From NCBI GenBank assembly GCA_043732185.1, contig JAYTHY010000074.1, positions 1 to 64,000 on the forward strand: 64,000 bases of DNA. Direction: 5' to 3'. Both the position numbers and the translations under genes were made by a program. The notes beneath the pieces were generated by a model. It saw only the letters and a program-made list of their open reading frames with translations, had not been told where the DNA came from and did not search any database. Below are positions 1 to 10,504 of the stretch, one piece after another (the first letter of the stretch is position 1; each line of letters starts with the position of its first letter). Source of the DNA: Fibrobacteria bacterium. Its GTDB lineage: Bacteria; Fibrobacterota; Fibrobacteria; UBA11236.

Positions 1-3000
1 ATTTTTGCCATTCCATTTCCTCACCCAAGGTTGCATTGATAAGGTATGGGCTTTGACCCACCATCGGCCGTTTTAAAGAAGTGCTTTCTCTAGCCTGAGC
101 CGAATCCAAGCTGACCTCAGAGTGCATGACCGCCATATTTCCACCCAAGGTCCAGCCCTTTAAAAAATTGCCCATACCAAGATTGCGGCCAATTGATTCC
201 AAATCGATCATGGTTTCCACTTCAGCCCCACGGACATAGGCTGAAACCGCATTTTGAAAAGACTCGGAATGATTATTGTCGGCAACGGGCTCAACCGGAT
301 CTCTAAAATCTTTCCGGAACAATGAGAAAGACAAGATCTGACGGTTGGGCAAGTACCAGTCATACCTTAAGTCCAAATGCTGTACGCGAGTTTCCCGGAG
401 TTCGGTATTTCCCGTCACGGTACGATCTTTGATATAGTCGTTGTATCCATAAGGTGCGATTTCACGAAACTCGGGATGTATGGCCGTATTCGCGCGAATC
501 AAACGGAGTTTTGAATTTGAAGTCAGATCGACACTCATGCCCAGAGTCGGGAAGAAAGAATTTTCATCCAAATCGACGGTCCTAGCGGCGGCGGCGATTT
601 TGTCTAAATCCGTTCCGAAGTTTTGGCCGGTATAAGGAGCCTTAAGATGCAAATGATAATTTTCATAACGGATACCGATATCAAAGGTCAACGGGAATCG
701 TAGCATCGAGAACCCAAAGTTGGTGGCGGCATAACCTCCCGCGACTCTTTCCGAGGCTGAATATTCATCATAGCTTTTGGGCGCTGTGGAAAAATCTTGG
801 GGATGGGTTGGATCCAAAATATCCAAGGTCAATCGCTTTGGATCCCTTATTTGTTCCAGAGTCTGGTTTTTTTGAGCTTGCTGAACAGCTCCATATTGAT
901 AACGGGAAGCGGAAAAATCACGGCTGCGAAGAGTCGCGAACTGGCCGGTCTGGGCCGTCGGCAACCTTAAGTGGGAAATAAATCCAGGGCCTGTAAAGAG
1001 AGTATCGCGCCTAAAAATTTCCGGCGGCATCACTAGCGATTGATCCACCCTTGCAGAGAAATTGTCTTCGTTTAGCGTCTCGAAAATCCGCGTGCCCCAG
1101 ATATCGTTATTGGCATAGGTATTAACGGTTGTATCGGTTTCTCCGTAATATTTATACCTTCTGTTATCGGGCGCAGTGCCTTGGCTATGCGAATAACCGG
1201 AGGCCCAAGCAACCGAGTCCAGCGGCCCCAATCCTAAATAATGTCCGCCACCGGCTTGGGAGGCTAAGAGGCTCCGCTGACTGAAGTTTAAGAGATATCC
1301 TTCCTCAACCGGATTGTCCTGCCTTCCGCCTGGAAAAGCCTTGCTATGATTTCTGGAAGCTTCATCCGTACCGATATTAACGAAGAAATTTTTCCAAAAT
1401 ATTTTATTGTCCGGGCTCGAATAACCAAAATCGGCCATGCCGGACAATATGGCCTCATACGTACCCGTTGCAATGCGCGAGCTGACGCCTGTATCCAGTT
1501 TCTGAAGTTGTCGCATATTCGGGACGGGCAATCCATCCAACGTATCGCCGGTAAAGCCAGGCATGGTATCGGTAGGAATAACATGGAAGGTGACTTTTCC
1601 GATAATTGAATGGATATAGGTGGAGTCATATCCTGTCGGCACGGAAATCAGACTGATTTTTCGGATATCTTTTTCAATGTATTTGTTCTTGAATCCCGCC
1701 GTAACCAAATACCCGAATCGGGTGTCCTCATTTCGATTGCTTACATCTCCAAATGAAAGCGAGAAATTTTGATAAGGCAGAATCCGAGTTGTATCGATCG
1801 CATAGATATTGCGCAGTTTCAGTGCATAGTCCAGTCGTTCCTTGGTCGTATACCCTGGTAACCCTTTCGCATGGTATTGGTCCACATCTTTATCACTGAT
1901 ACCGGGAATGGAAGTCGGGAATCCCTTCGGCAAGCTTCTGGTGCCGTCATCTATGCCCCAGTATGTATTCCCACCATCATAGGTTAATTGATCGTTTCCC
2001 CAATTCAGAAATTTTCCGTCTCCAGAAAAATCCGTTCCACCGATTCCAACGGATAATTTCAAAAATGCTTTTTCCGGGATTCCCCGGGTAATCAATTCCA
2101 CGGATCCGCCCGCGAAATCGGAATAGAGTTCGGGTGAAAACGTTTTATGAATGGCAAAACTTTCAATGGTGGCCGCCGGAAAAAGATCCTGCGGGACTAC
2201 GCGCTTGTCCTTTTCAGGTGAAGGCACAGGCAAACCGTTTAAAGTCATATTGGTATAGCGCTCACCGAGCCCGCGCACGTAGATGTATTTTCCGCCGACC
2301 AAGGAGGTTCCCGTGATTCGCTTAGCCACAGCTCCGGCATCGGCATCGGTTGATTTGGAAATTTGTTCGGCGCCAACCCCTTCCATCACCCCGGAGCTCG
2401 ATCGCCTTGCAGCCTGCATGGAAGAAGCGCTTCCCGCATTTAATCCGCCTTTGGCTTCTATGACCTGGCCCTTAAGCACGCTTCGCTCTAAACGGATTTC
2501 CCGGACCGGATTTTCGCCTGCAAGCAGACTGATATCCTGTTGTTCAAAAACAGAAAAACCTTTCTTGCTGACCTTGATTTTATAGCTTCCCGGCTTTACA
2601 CCCTCAAGATGATAAATTCCATCCCGATCGCTCTGACAAGAAAATCTTTGGTTTGGACCCGATAGAATAACCATGGCTTTCTCCACTGGTTTTCCTTCCT
2701 CTGAAGAAAGCACCAACCCTTTTTCGATTGCGAGTCCTGTTTCATTTGGAGCATTACTGGACACGGATCCAGGTTCTGGAACGGATTTCTGAGTCCTATT
2801 TCTGAGGCTGTCGACGCCGGGCGATTGAGCGGATGGGCCCGCGACTTGACCGGAAGAATCCAGCAATTCCTCTATGCTTTTGACCGGAATCAAATCTGGA
2901 GTGGCATAAGTGGGCAGGATGTCCCCGGCTGCTTGAGCCGAGGACAGTGCGATGATGTTCAAGCTAAAACCTGCCCCAAACAAAACATGAATTAAAAAAC

Positions 3001-3025
3001 TAAGGGGTGCGAATTTCAAATACAT
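1..3025 (-). CDS. TonB-dependent outer membrane receptor with N-terminal carboxypeptidase-regulatory-like domain (runs off left edge)
   Basis: Not in ORF track because its stop lies outside the window. Manual translation from ATG 3025 (both ends read, middle not checked codon by codon): signal-like MYLKFAPLSFLIHVLFG, plug motifs EQISKSTDADAGAVAKRITG / YVRGLGERY / VPQDLFP / DFAGGSVEL, and barrel motif RPMVGQSPYLINA near position 1-70. Confidence 0.92.
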   Translation of the reverse strand, partial: MYLKFAPLSFLIHVLFGAGFSLNIIALSSAQAAGDILPTYATPDLIPVKSIEELLDSSGQVAGPSAQSPGVDSLRNRTQKSVPEPGSVSSNAPNETGLAIEKGLVLSSEEGKPVEKAMVILSGPNQRFSCQSDRDGIYHLEGVKPGSYKIKVSKKGFSVFEQQDISLLAGENPVREIRLERSVLKGQVIEAKGGLNAGSASSMQAARRSSSGVMEGVGAEQISKSTDADAGAVAKRITGTSLVGGKYIYVRGLGERYTNMTLNGLPVPSPEKDKRVVPQDLFPAATIESFAIHKTFSPELYSDFAGGSVELITRGIPEKAFLKLSVGIGGTDFSGDGKFLNWGNDQLTYDGGNTYWGIDDGTRSLPKGFPTSIPGISDKDVDQYHAKGLPGYTTKERLDYALKLRNIYAIDTTRILPYQNFSLSFGDVSNRNEDTRFGYLVTAGFKNKYIEKDIRKISLISVPTGYDSTYIHSIIGKVTFHVIPTDTMPGFTGDTLDGLPVPNMRQLQKLDTGVSSRIATGTYEAILSGMADFGYSSPDNKIFWKNFFVNIGTDEASRNHSKAFPGGRQDNPVEEGYLLNFSQRSLLASQAGGGHYLGLGPLDSVAWASGYSHSQGTAPDNRRYKYYGETDTTVNTYANNDIWGTRIFETLNEDNFSARVDQSLVMPPEIFRRDTLFTGPGFISHLRLPTAQTGQFATLRSRDFSASRYQYGAVQQAQKNQTLEQIRDPKRLTLDILDPTHPQDFSTAPKSYDEYSASERVAGGYAATNFGFSMLRFPLTFDIGIRYENYHLHLKAPYTGQNFGTDLDKIAAAARTVDLDENSFFPTLGMSVDLTSNSKLRLIRANTAIHPEFREIAPYGYNDYIKDRTVTGNTELRETRVQHLDLRYDWYLPNRQILSFSLFRKDFRDPVEPVADNNHSESFQNAVSAYVRGAEVETMIDLESIGRNLGMGNFLKGWTLGGNMAVMHSEVSLDSAQARESTSLKRPMVGQSPYLINATLGEEMEWQK

Positions 3026-3190
3026 GTCTGGATTATTGCTGCGCTGTTTCGGATAGCTTTAAGCAACCGGATGGTCATGACTATGCGAGCGGAAATCGGG
3101 AACCGTACGCCTAAGCCTAACTATTTGCGAGACTGGCCCTTTCCGTTGGCGCTTACGTTCCGGAAGGGAACGACAGGTCAACGGGAGGCA

Positions 3191-3264
3191 AAACTACCCT
3201 TATAGAATTTCAGAATTGTTTCTGAGTCATTTCAATTCGGGAACTTGTTTCGGGTAGGTTTCAA
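3191..3264 (-). promoter_or_regulatory. Pho-box-like array plus -10 upstream of the TonB-dependent receptor
   Basis: Minus strand TTGAAAC-N4-CCGAAAC (3264-3247) and TTGAAAT-N4-CAGAAAC-N4-CTGAAAT (3235-3207), then 10 nt, then TAGTTT (3196-3191). Confidence 0.75.
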
Positions 3265-3966
3265 TTATTGGGCTTCGTGACGACGTTCGGGAGAGATCCG
3301 ATTAACATGATCATCAGCATGATGCTTGACGACCTTAGCCTGGAGATGAAAAATGACTTCTTCAGCGACATTTGTTGAAAGGTCGCCAATCCGCTCCAAA
3401 TTACGGCTGATGCGAAGCAGCTCAAGTGCCATTTCAATCGAAGTCTTATCGGTTTTTACCAACTGGATGGCTTCGCGAGTATTGGCTCGATTCAGTTCAT
3501 CGATAATGTCATCCGTTTCCAATACGACTCGGGCAAGTTGTAGGTCTTTATTGAAAAAACTTTGACAGGCATCCTTTAACATGCCCTGACCGATGACGAT
3601 CATTTTTGGCAGTTCTAGAAGCCCGGTTTTTTGCTCGAACCCGGCATAGCTTATGGCGGATTGGGCAATATTGATACAATGATCACCAATGCGCTCCAGA
3701 TCATTATTGATTTTCTGAATGGCCAGCATAAAACGCAAATCAATGGCCACGGGTTGGAAAAGCGCAAAAAAATCCGCCACACCATGATCAATCTCTATTT
3801 CGAGTTGGTTGATAATCCTTTCATTTGTGAAAGTTTTCTCTGCTAGGGATTTGTCTTCTTCAATCAAGGCTCTCGTCGAAAAAACCAAGGACTCGTTGGC
3901 AAGTCTGGACATTGTTTCCAGCTTCGCCTTTAAATTATTGAGTTCTTTTTCAAAATGTCGTTCCAT
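3265..3966 (-). CDS. phoU: Phosphate signalling complex protein PhoU
   Basis: Two PhoU repeats (PVAIDLR..DLERIGDH; RNLERIGDLSTNVAEEVIF); last gene of pst operon. Confidence 0.96.
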   Translation of the reverse strand: MERHFEKELNNLKAKLETMSRLANESLVFSTRALIEEDKSLAEKTFTNERIINQLEIEIDHGVADFFALFQPVAIDLRFMLAIQKINNDLERIGDHCINIAQSAISYAGFEQKTGLLELPKMIVIGQGMLKDACQSFFNKDLQLARVVLETDDIIDELNRANTREAIQLVKTDKTSIEMALELLRISRNLERIGDLSTNVAEEVIFHLQAKVVKHHADDHVNRISPERRHEAQ

Positions 3967-3974
3967 TTGTGCTC

Positions 3975-4745
3975 CTAGCCAAATCTTCCGGTCACGTAGT
4001 CCTCAGTTTGCTTTTCTTTTGGAGAAGTAAAGATTTTCTCTGTAAAGTCATATTCAACAACCTGTCCCATATAGAAAAATGCGGTATAATCGCTAACCCG
4101 CGCGGCCTGCTGCATATTATGGGTTACGATTACGATAGTATATGTGTTTTTTAATTCGTAGACAAGCTCTTCAATCTTTGCCGTCGCAATAGGGTCCAAG
4201 GCACTGGCAGGCTCGTCCATCAGCAATACTTCCGGGTCCACGGCTAAGGCGCGGGCGATGCAAAGTCTTTGCTGCTGCCCACCGGATAGAGCCAAAGCGC
4301 TCTTTCCGAGTTCATCCTTTACTTCATCCCAGAGGGCCGAGCGACGCAAGCTCACTTCCACCAATTCATCCAATTTGGTTTTGTCCCGAAGTCCATGAAT
4401 GCGCGGTCCATAAGCTACGTTGTCGTAAATTGATTTTGGGAAGGGATTGGACCTTTGAAAAATCATGCCCACTTTTTTCCGGAGCTGGACTTCGTCCACC
4501 TTTTTATGGTAAATATCGACATTATCCACAAAAACGGATCCTGTGATTTTTACGTTATCAATCAGATCATTCATGCGGTTTAGGCTTCGTAAAAAAGTAG
4601 ACTTGCCGCAACCTGAAGGTCCAATCAAAGCCGTAACTTTATAGGCCTTCATATCGAGACTAATTCCCTTTAAGGCGTGCTTAGGTCCATAATGAAGATT
4701 GAGGTCTTTGGTATGCAATTTGGCATAAGGTGGGGCAGCTTCCAT
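3975..4745 (-). CDS. pstB: Phosphate ABC transporter ATP-binding protein
   Basis: [43 protein letters not shown] terminus. Confidence 0.98.
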   Translation of the reverse strand: MEAAPPYAKLHTKDLNLHYGPKHALKGISLDMKAYKVTALIGPSGCGKSTFLRSLNRMNDLIDNVKITGSVFVDNVDIYHKKVDEVQLRKKVGMIFQRSNPFPKSIYDNVAYGPRIHGLRDKTKLDELVEVSLRRSALWDEVKDELGKSALALSGGQQQRLCIARALAVDPEVLLMDEPASALDPIATAKIEELVYELKNTYTIVIVTHNMQQAARVSDYTAFFYMGQVVEYDFTEKIFTSPKEKQTEDYVTGRFG

Positions 4746-4757
4746 AGTACTCCAATT

Positions 4758-5663
4758 TCAAGCGACGATTCGGCGCTTACGTAGCCGATAGCGCATAAAG
4801 ATAGCCGAGAAGTTTAACATAAAAGTCAAAAGTAGCAGGACCAAGGTGGTCGCATACTGGATACCCAGGGTCTTTTCAACGTCCGTGGACTGGGTTGTCA
4901 TTATATAGAGATGGTAGCCGAGTTCCATAAACTGATCGGTAAAGGCATGGGGAAGGCTGGGCAGGAAATAGGCCGCTCCAGTAAAAAGAATTGGGGCTAC
5001 TTCTCCGGCCCCGCGGCTCACAGCGAGGATTGCACCGGTTAAAATACCCCCGACAGAATTGGGCAATACCACGCGCCAAATGGTTTGCCATTTGGTGACT
5101 CCCAAAGCCAAGGACGCTTCACGTAAATCGCGGGGAACAGTTTTGATGGCCTCTTCAACGGATACAATTACAACCGGCAAGGTTAATAGTGCCATGGTTA
5201 GACTGGCCCAGAGAATATTGGGTTGGGCCCATTTCAATTGTCCGGGTGAAAAGATTTTATCCAGATTGCCGCCGGTGAACTGAACAAAGAAACCAAGCCC
5301 GAATAGACCAAAAACAATAGCCGGAATCCCCGCCAAAGTATTTACTGCAAACCGAATGAATTGAGCGATTTTTGATCCACGAGACGTATACTCGCTTAGG
5401 TAAATAGCCGTTATGGTACCTACCGGCACTCCTACCAGAGACATAATCACGACAAGGGCAAAGGTGCCGACAATGGCCGGATAAATGCCGCCTTCGGTCA
5501 TACCCGCTGAGGGAGCCTGGGTCAAAAAGGCCCAAGTCAAATGGCTATGGCCACCCCAAATAATGGTGCCCATTATCCAAATCACGGCCGCTACCGCTGT
5601 GAAAGCACAGATAGCGGTAAAAGAAACAACCGCATTGCCTACAATTTTTTTGGCGCGCGTCAT
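4758..5663 (-). CDS. pstA: Phosphate ABC transporter permease PstA
   Basis: GGIYPAIVGT, LAGIPAIVFGLFG, EASLALG EAA loop; operon position. Confidence 0.96.
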   Translation of the reverse strand: MTRAKKIVGNAVVSFTAICAFTAVAAVIWIMGTIIWGGHSHLTWAFLTQAPSAGMTEGGIYPAIVGTFALVVIMSLVGVPVGTITAIYLSEYTSRGSKIAQFIRFAVNTLAGIPAIVFGLFGLGFFVQFTGGNLDKIFSPGQLKWAQPNILWASLTMALLTLPVVIVSVEEAIKTVPRDLREASLALGVTKWQTIWRVVLPNSVGGILTGAILAVSRGAGEVAPILFTGAAYFLPSLPHAFTDQFMELGYHLYIMTTQSTDVEKTLGIQYATTLVLLLLTFMLNFSAIFMRYRLRKRRIVA

Positions 5664-6839
5664 CTAAATTCCCTTAAACTTTTTCATCAAGCGATTGCGA
5701 ATAAAGAATTCGGCTGTAGCATTGAGGCTAAAGGAAATTATGAAAAGCAAGGCACCTACAAAAAATAGAACGCGATAGTGGGTATCTCCAAATACAACCT
5801 CGGCCATTTCAGCTCCGATGGTTGCGGATAAGCTGCGCACCGGATCGGTTAAAGCCAAGGTCAATAATGCCGCATTGCCTGTGGCCATTAGAACAATCAT
5901 GGTCTCACCAAAGGCACGCCCGAAACCCAGAATCATAGCCGCAAATATTCCCGGAGTTGCCGATGGCAGGATAACGAACAATGCTGTTTCCCATCGCGTC
6001 GCGCCTAATGCCAGACTGGCTTCGGTCATCACCTTGGGTACGGCATTCAAAGCGTCCTCGGAAACAGTATAAATGATGGGAATAACAGCTAAAGCCATGG
6101 CAACACCACCCACAAAGGCATTCAAGCGAAAATGATAGCCAAACAAATTTTGGAGTAAGCTGGCCATGATCACGAGTGCAAAAAATCCAATCACAACCGA
6201 TGGGAATCCCGCCAGAATTTCAATGATGGGCTTCATACTTTCTTTGGCCCATTTCGGAGCAAAATTCGAAGTATATAAAGCCGCAAATATACCGATGGGC
6301 GCGGCCAAGAGTAATGCAATCAGGGTAACCTTTAAGCTACCTAATAAAAGCGGAATAATTCCAAACTGGGGATTCAAAGAAACCGGCTGCCAATTTTTAC
6401 TCACTAACGTTTTGGGTTGGAAATTTTCTTGACTTTGTTCCAATTCAGGAGCTTCTGCAACCAAAGGCGTGCCCGGGTCCACTCCGTACGTTTCTGCTTC
6501 TTCAACCTGGGATTGGTGCATGGCTGCTTTGACTTCGCCAAAAAACAGCGGGGTCGCTTCCTTGAAAATAAAAACAAAAATCAGAGCGATAAACAACAAC
6601 GATACAAAGGCCACGCCTTGGATGGATTTTTCAATCACATATTCGCCCCATCGCCTAGGCTTTTTCATATTGAGAACTTTACGAACCATGGTCGTAGGCT
6701 TATCTTCGGGGAAGGATGGACCAATACTTGAACTTAAACCAGAAACGGGAACAGCCCCATGAGGAGCTGCTCCGTCCGAACCATTCAAGCCGCCCTTTTC
6801 AGTGGCCGAATTCGGCCGCAAGGGAACAGGCTTTGACAT
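5664..6839 (-). CDS. pstC: Phosphate ABC transporter permease PstC (N-terminal extension)
   Basis: FGIIPLLLGSL, ILAGFPSVVIGFFA, GRAFGETMIVLM. Confidence 0.96.
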   Translation of the reverse strand: MSKPVPLRPNSATEKGGLNGSDGAAPHGAVPVSGLSSSIGPSFPEDKPTTMVRKVLNMKKPRRWGEYVIEKSIQGVAFVSLLFIALIFVFIFKEATPLFFGEVKAAMHQSQVEEAETYGVDPGTPLVAEAPELEQSQENFQPKTLVSKNWQPVSLNPQFGIIPLLLGSLKVTLIALLLAAPIGIFAALYTSNFAPKWAKESMKPIIEILAGFPSVVIGFFALVIMASLLQNLFGYHFRLNAFVGGVAMALAVIPIIYTVSEDALNAVPKVMTEASLALGATRWETALFVILPSATPGIFAAMILGFGRAFGETMIVLMATGNAALLTLALTDPVRSLSATIGAEMAEVVFGDTHYRVLFFVGALLFIISFSLNATAEFFIRNRLMKKFKGI

Positions 6840-6853
6840 AAGGAGATCCTTTC

Positions 6854-6873
6854 GCTTCCAAAGAGTTGGAAGC
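6854..6873 (-). other. Intergenic stem-loop between pstS and pstC
   Basis: Perfect inverted repeat GCTTCCAA-AGAG-TTGGAAGC with no U tract; position typical of pstS mRNA stabilisers. Confidence 0.55.
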
Positions 6874-6884
6874 TTAGATAATTT

Positions 6885-7718
6885 TCACTTTACAGGGAAG
6901 AATCCTACCTCAGAAACCACGGCCTGACCTTCAGCACCCAAAGTCCAATCGATGTAATCTTTAATCGCTCCGGTGGGACGACTCTTGAGATACATATAAA
7001 GGTAACGGGTTATAGGATAGGTACCATTTTTAACCGTTTCGAGATTAGGAGCATAAGCGGGTGAATTAGCATCCTTCTTAATTTTAGCAAACTTCAGTCC
7101 TTTGGCATAAGCAGCTCCTCCAAATCCAACGCCGAACTTATCCTTGGAAACCGCGTTAACAACCGCAGCCGTTCCCGGCAAAGATTGCATGCCAGGCGCG
7201 AAATCCGCACCCTTCAATACATTGTCCCGAAAATAGACATAGGTGCCGGAATTGTTTTCACGACCGTATAGGACGATTTTGGCATCGGGTCCGCCAACAT
7301 CCTTCCAATTAGTTGTCTTGCCGGTATAGATAGATTTAACTTGATCGAGGCTTAGTTCAGAAACGGGGCTGGCTTCATTCAAGTAAACAGCCAAACCATC
7401 ACGAGCTGAAGGAACTTCCACTCCCAAGCTGGCAAAACGCTCTTTCAGTTTTTCCCGTTCCGGCGCCTTCATTTTACGCGAAGCATCACAAATATCGGTG
7501 GTTCCATTAATAAGGGCGGAAATACCAGTTCCAGAACCACCACCTGTAACCTGAATGGAAACGCCCGGATGGCCGGACATATATTTCTCAGCCCAGCGTT
7601 GCGCTAGGATAACCATGGTATCTGAGCCCTTAACCGTAATAGTTTGAGCTGAAAAAGCCAAGGATGCAAAGGATGCCAAGGTAAAGGCCAAGGTCCCAAG
7701 TAATTTCGATTTCATCAT
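6885..7718 (-). CDS. pstS: Phosphate ABC transporter substrate-binding protein
   Basis: Signal peptide, KGSDTM, GGGSGTG, RENNSGTY, YPITRYLY; SD AGGAGG. Confidence 0.97.
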   Translation of the reverse strand: MMKSKLLGTLAFTLASFASLAFSAQTITVKGSDTMVILAQRWAEKYMSGHPGVSIQVTGGGSGTGISALINGTTDICDASRKMKAPEREKLKERFASLGVEVPSARDGLAVYLNEASPVSELSLDQVKSIYTGKTTNWKDVGGPDAKIVLYGRENNSGTYVYFRDNVLKGADFAPGMQSLPGTAAVVNAVSKDKFGVGFGGAAYAKGLKFAKIKKDANSPAYAPNLETVKNGTYPITRYLYMYLKSRPTGAIKDYIDWTLGAEGQAVVSEVGFFPVK

Positions 7719-7793
7719 TTAAATAACCTCCTAAATGTTTTTTTCGATGTGATTGCAAATGCAATCCAAGCTTATTGCACTGGATTGCGGAAA

Positions 7794-9203
7794 TTAGAAC
7801 TTCACCTGTACACGAAAGGTGAATACATTGTCATTTAAATCCGTGGTCCAAGGGGCTAAAGTTCCCGTAGCGGATGCATTCGCCTCTTCATTAGTAACCA
7901 TATCGTAATAGGCCACAAACTTAACGTTTTCATCCCAGTGGTAAATACCGCCCAAGCCCAGGGTGGTCATGGCTAAATCCGCGGCGGTAAGGTTGGATCC
8001 GGCAGTTCCTACTTCTTTTCCCTCTACCTTGGTATTGGGATCAAAAATATCGTACTTGGCAATAGCCTGAACCTTTGTTCCTAAATTCTGAACGAAGTTC
8101 ACATACATTCCCATCACTTCCCTATCCGCCACTTGAGGGGCAACCAGGACTCCAGTGGGTGTTCCCGTAAATAAAGCCGACGAGGTGCGCGTGGTAGGCT
8201 GGTTTCCCCAGATGTATTCACCGCGTAAAGCAAATCCGCCAATGACAGGTAGGTCATAATAAATTTGGGCATCGACACCCATAATATTGCGGTCCACGGT
8301 TTTATTCACATTTCCCTTGCTGGCTATCCAAGACTTGACGCCAGTCGCGGTTGTGCCCATGGCATAAGCTGTATCAACGATTGAAGTAGCGGTTCCCATA
8401 TAAGCAGAGAAGCCACCATCAATGGCCAAATTGATAGCATAAAAAGGCAGCTTGAAACCAAGGCGACCGATCATGTCCTGTTTATCATCGATTTCATTTG
8501 CATTAGGGCCCATGCCAGTAAATACACCGCCCTTGAAATTAAAGTATTGTGCGATCCCCATATCCGCACCGGGATTGATTTCAAGCTTGGCTCCCATATC
8601 CCGTTCCCCTGGGAAAAGGGTTTGGTACACGCGTGAACGCTCAGGGGATTCACGGCTCGAAGAAGAATAGCTGATTTCATATCCAAAGGGCCGGTCAAAA
8701 ACGCCCATGGTATAGCTGAAGGTATTCAGCCAGGGTTCCATGACGGTTAAATAAGCATCTTTAATGGAAACCCCTGTAGGAACGGCGTCCAACTGCAAAA
8801 CGTATTTGCTGGTCGGAGTTTCATAGCTGGTTTTCAAACGGCCGCGACGAACCATGAAACGTTCTCTTGAACCAACGGCAGTTGCGGACTTAGCTGGAAA
8901 ATTACCGCCCGCCACGGATTGAATTCCCACGCTGTCGGCATACTGCCACTGAGCCTGGATATATCCTGAAAGCTTGATCTTGGCTAATTTATCAACCGTT
9001 GTTTTCGTTTCCAAAAATGTCTCATTCAAGCCATCTAAGGCGCCCTTCACATTGGCAAGCCCTTCTTCTACTGTTTGGCCTTGGGTTGCAGACGGCGTGG
9101 CGGCGGAATCCGAATTTGTGGTCTCCCCATCAGCTCCGAAAGCGGCTCCATAGGCGGCTCCGAAGGCCAAAAACATGAGGGGCATTAACATCGACTTTTT
9201 CAT
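7794..9203 (-). CDS. Outer-membrane porin, OprO/OprP-like phosphate porin
   Basis: Start moved to ATG 9203 (SD AAAGGAG, signal peptide MKKSMLMP); coiled N-terminus, KLSGYIQ..RRGRLK, ERDMG, C-terminal Phe (RVQVKF); directly upstream of pstS. Confidence 0.8.
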   Translation of the reverse strand: MKKSMLMPLMFLAFGAAYGAAFGADGETTNSDSAATPSATQGQTVEEGLANVKGALDGLNETFLETKTTVDKLAKIKLSGYIQAQWQYADSVGIQSVAGGNFPAKSATAVGSRERFMVRRGRLKTSYETPTSKYVLQLDAVPTGVSIKDAYLTVMEPWLNTFSYTMGVFDRPFGYEISYSSSSRESPERSRVYQTLFPGERDMGAKLEINPGADMGIAQYFNFKGGVFTGMGPNANEIDDKQDMIGRLGFKLPFYAINLAIDGGFSAYMGTATSIVDTAYAMGTTATGVKSWIASKGNVNKTVDRNIMGVDAQIYYDLPVIGGFALRGEYIWGNQPTTRTSSALFTGTPTGVLVAPQVADREVMGMYVNFVQNLGTKVQAIAKYDIFDPNTKVEGKEVGTAGSNLTAADLAMTTLGLGGIYHWDENVKFVAYYDMVTNEEANASATGTLAPWTTDLNDNVFTFRVQVKF

Positions 9204-9257
9204 AATTTCTCCTTTATAAAGTTCAAAAAAGAACTGAGGAAAAGAGAGCATTCGGAT

Positions 9258-9286
9258 GTTTCATTTGTATTTCAGAGGCGTTTCTA
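9258..9286 (-). promoter_or_regulatory. Pho-box-like triple repeat upstream of porin-pst operon
   Basis: Minus strand TAGAAAC-N4-CTGAAAT-N4-ATGAAAC with 11-bp period; an E. coli-type CTGTCAT lies out of phase at 9301-9295. Confidence 0.7.
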
Positions 9287-9443
9287 ATCAATGTATGACA
9301 GCACCCCCTAGAATTAAATACAAGTCTATATTCTATAACGATTTACAGAAAATATCCTGGGTCATAAATAGCGCCTAAAATGGTGACTGACCCTTTCCCT
9401 CCTTTGGATGAGTCGGTCTTTTGACCAGAGTCTATTTCGAAAA

Positions 9444-10475
9444 TCACGTTCCAAGCTCGGCCATGGCCTGGCTGACTTCCATATCCTCCGGAAAAGCCGT
9501 TTTAATCCGAGCGAATACTTCCTTGGCTTTAACCAAATCGCCCTGGTTAAATAGCCGCTTTCCGACATTGAGCATACCGGTTAGGGCTCGGGCCTCGCCC
9601 AAGGTTGCCGCTTGTTGGAAACAGTCCAAAGCTGCACCATCTTGGCCAATGGAACAGTAAACCCGCGCCATTTCCATCAGGCTTTCACGGCGAATCGTTT
9701 CACGACTTGAAGCTTCCTTAAGGACGGATAAGGCAAGGTACGGGTTCCCCATTTCCTCATGTAAAGAAGCCAGTCGAAAGGGTATTTGCGTATTAGTGGG
9801 TTCTAATTCCAAACCGCGCGCATAGGCGGAGGCCGCCTGGCTCTTATCACCTGAAGCTTGAAATAATTCGGCAAGATAAAAGTGCAAGGACGCCTGATCT
9901 GGATTGCCTTCGACAGCCTGAGTCAAAGTGGCTTGAGCCGAAAGATAATCCTGCATTTTCACATAGGTTTCGGCTATTGCATAATACCAGTCAAGATTCG
10001 CAGGATCGGTCCTACGACCCTGATCAAAATAAAATAGGGCTTGGGCCTTATCCCCAATTTTTAGATAGCATTCCCCCAGCATTTTGATGGCCCCGACATT
10101 GGCCGGATCGAGTTCGAGGGCCTTGCGATAGCGAGCTAGGGCAAATCCAATTTGATCCAAACTGAAATAGATTCCGCCCGCATTGAGATAGGGACGGACA
10201 AAGCCCGGAGCCTCTCGGATGGCTTGCTCATAAACAGATAAAGCGCGGCCCGTTTGCTTCAGGACATAAAGACAATTGCCCATATTAAAAAGCGCCATCG
10301 GCCGGTTTTCACCCGATTCCAAGGCAGAGCGATAATGCGCCAGTGCTTGCGGATAATGCTGCTGCCCAAAGTCAGCATTGCCTAGATCCAGTTGCGAAGT
10401 ACCGGCTGCCTGGGCCACAGTGGCCAGCGCCGATAGCAAAATAAAAGACTCTTTATACGCAATCCTGAAACCCAT
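9444..10475 (-). CDS. Exported tetratricopeptide repeat protein (TtpD-like)
   Basis: Signal peptide, about 8 TPR motifs; follows tonB as in TonB2-type clusters. Confidence 0.85.
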   Translation of the reverse strand: MGFRIAYKESFILLSALATVAQAAGTSQLDLGNADFGQQHYPQALAHYRSALESGENRPMALFNMGNCLYVLKQTGRALSVYEQAIREAPGFVRPYLNAGGIYFSLDQIGFALARYRKALELDPANVGAIKMLGECYLKIGDKAQALFYFDQGRRTDPANLDWYYAIAETYVKMQDYLSAQATLTQAVEGNPDQASLHFYLAELFQASGDKSQAASAYARGLELEPTNTQIPFRLASLHEEMGNPYLALSVLKEASSRETIRRESLMEMARVYCSIGQDGAALDCFQQAATLGEARALTGMLNVGKRLFNQGDLVKAKEVFARIKTAFPEDMEVSQAMAELGT

Positions 10476-10504
10476 AGAACCTCCGCATTTTTTGAGCTCG
10501 AGAC

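Noticed and set aside
1288..2585. Short ORF-track calls at 1288-2585
   Set aside because: They overlap the long TBDR reading frame and have no recognisable features.
3026..3190. Long leader of the TonB-dependent receptor as a cobalamin/TPP/c-di-GMP riboswitch
   Set aside because: No B12 box, TPP core or GEMM motif could be matched by eye, and the Pho-box promoter already explains regulation. An Rfam scan would be decisive.
7735..7775. Separate Pho box directly before pstS (TTGCAAT-N4-TCGAAAA)
   Set aside because: Weak match next to a hairpin, with no -10 at the 10-nt spacing; not enough support.
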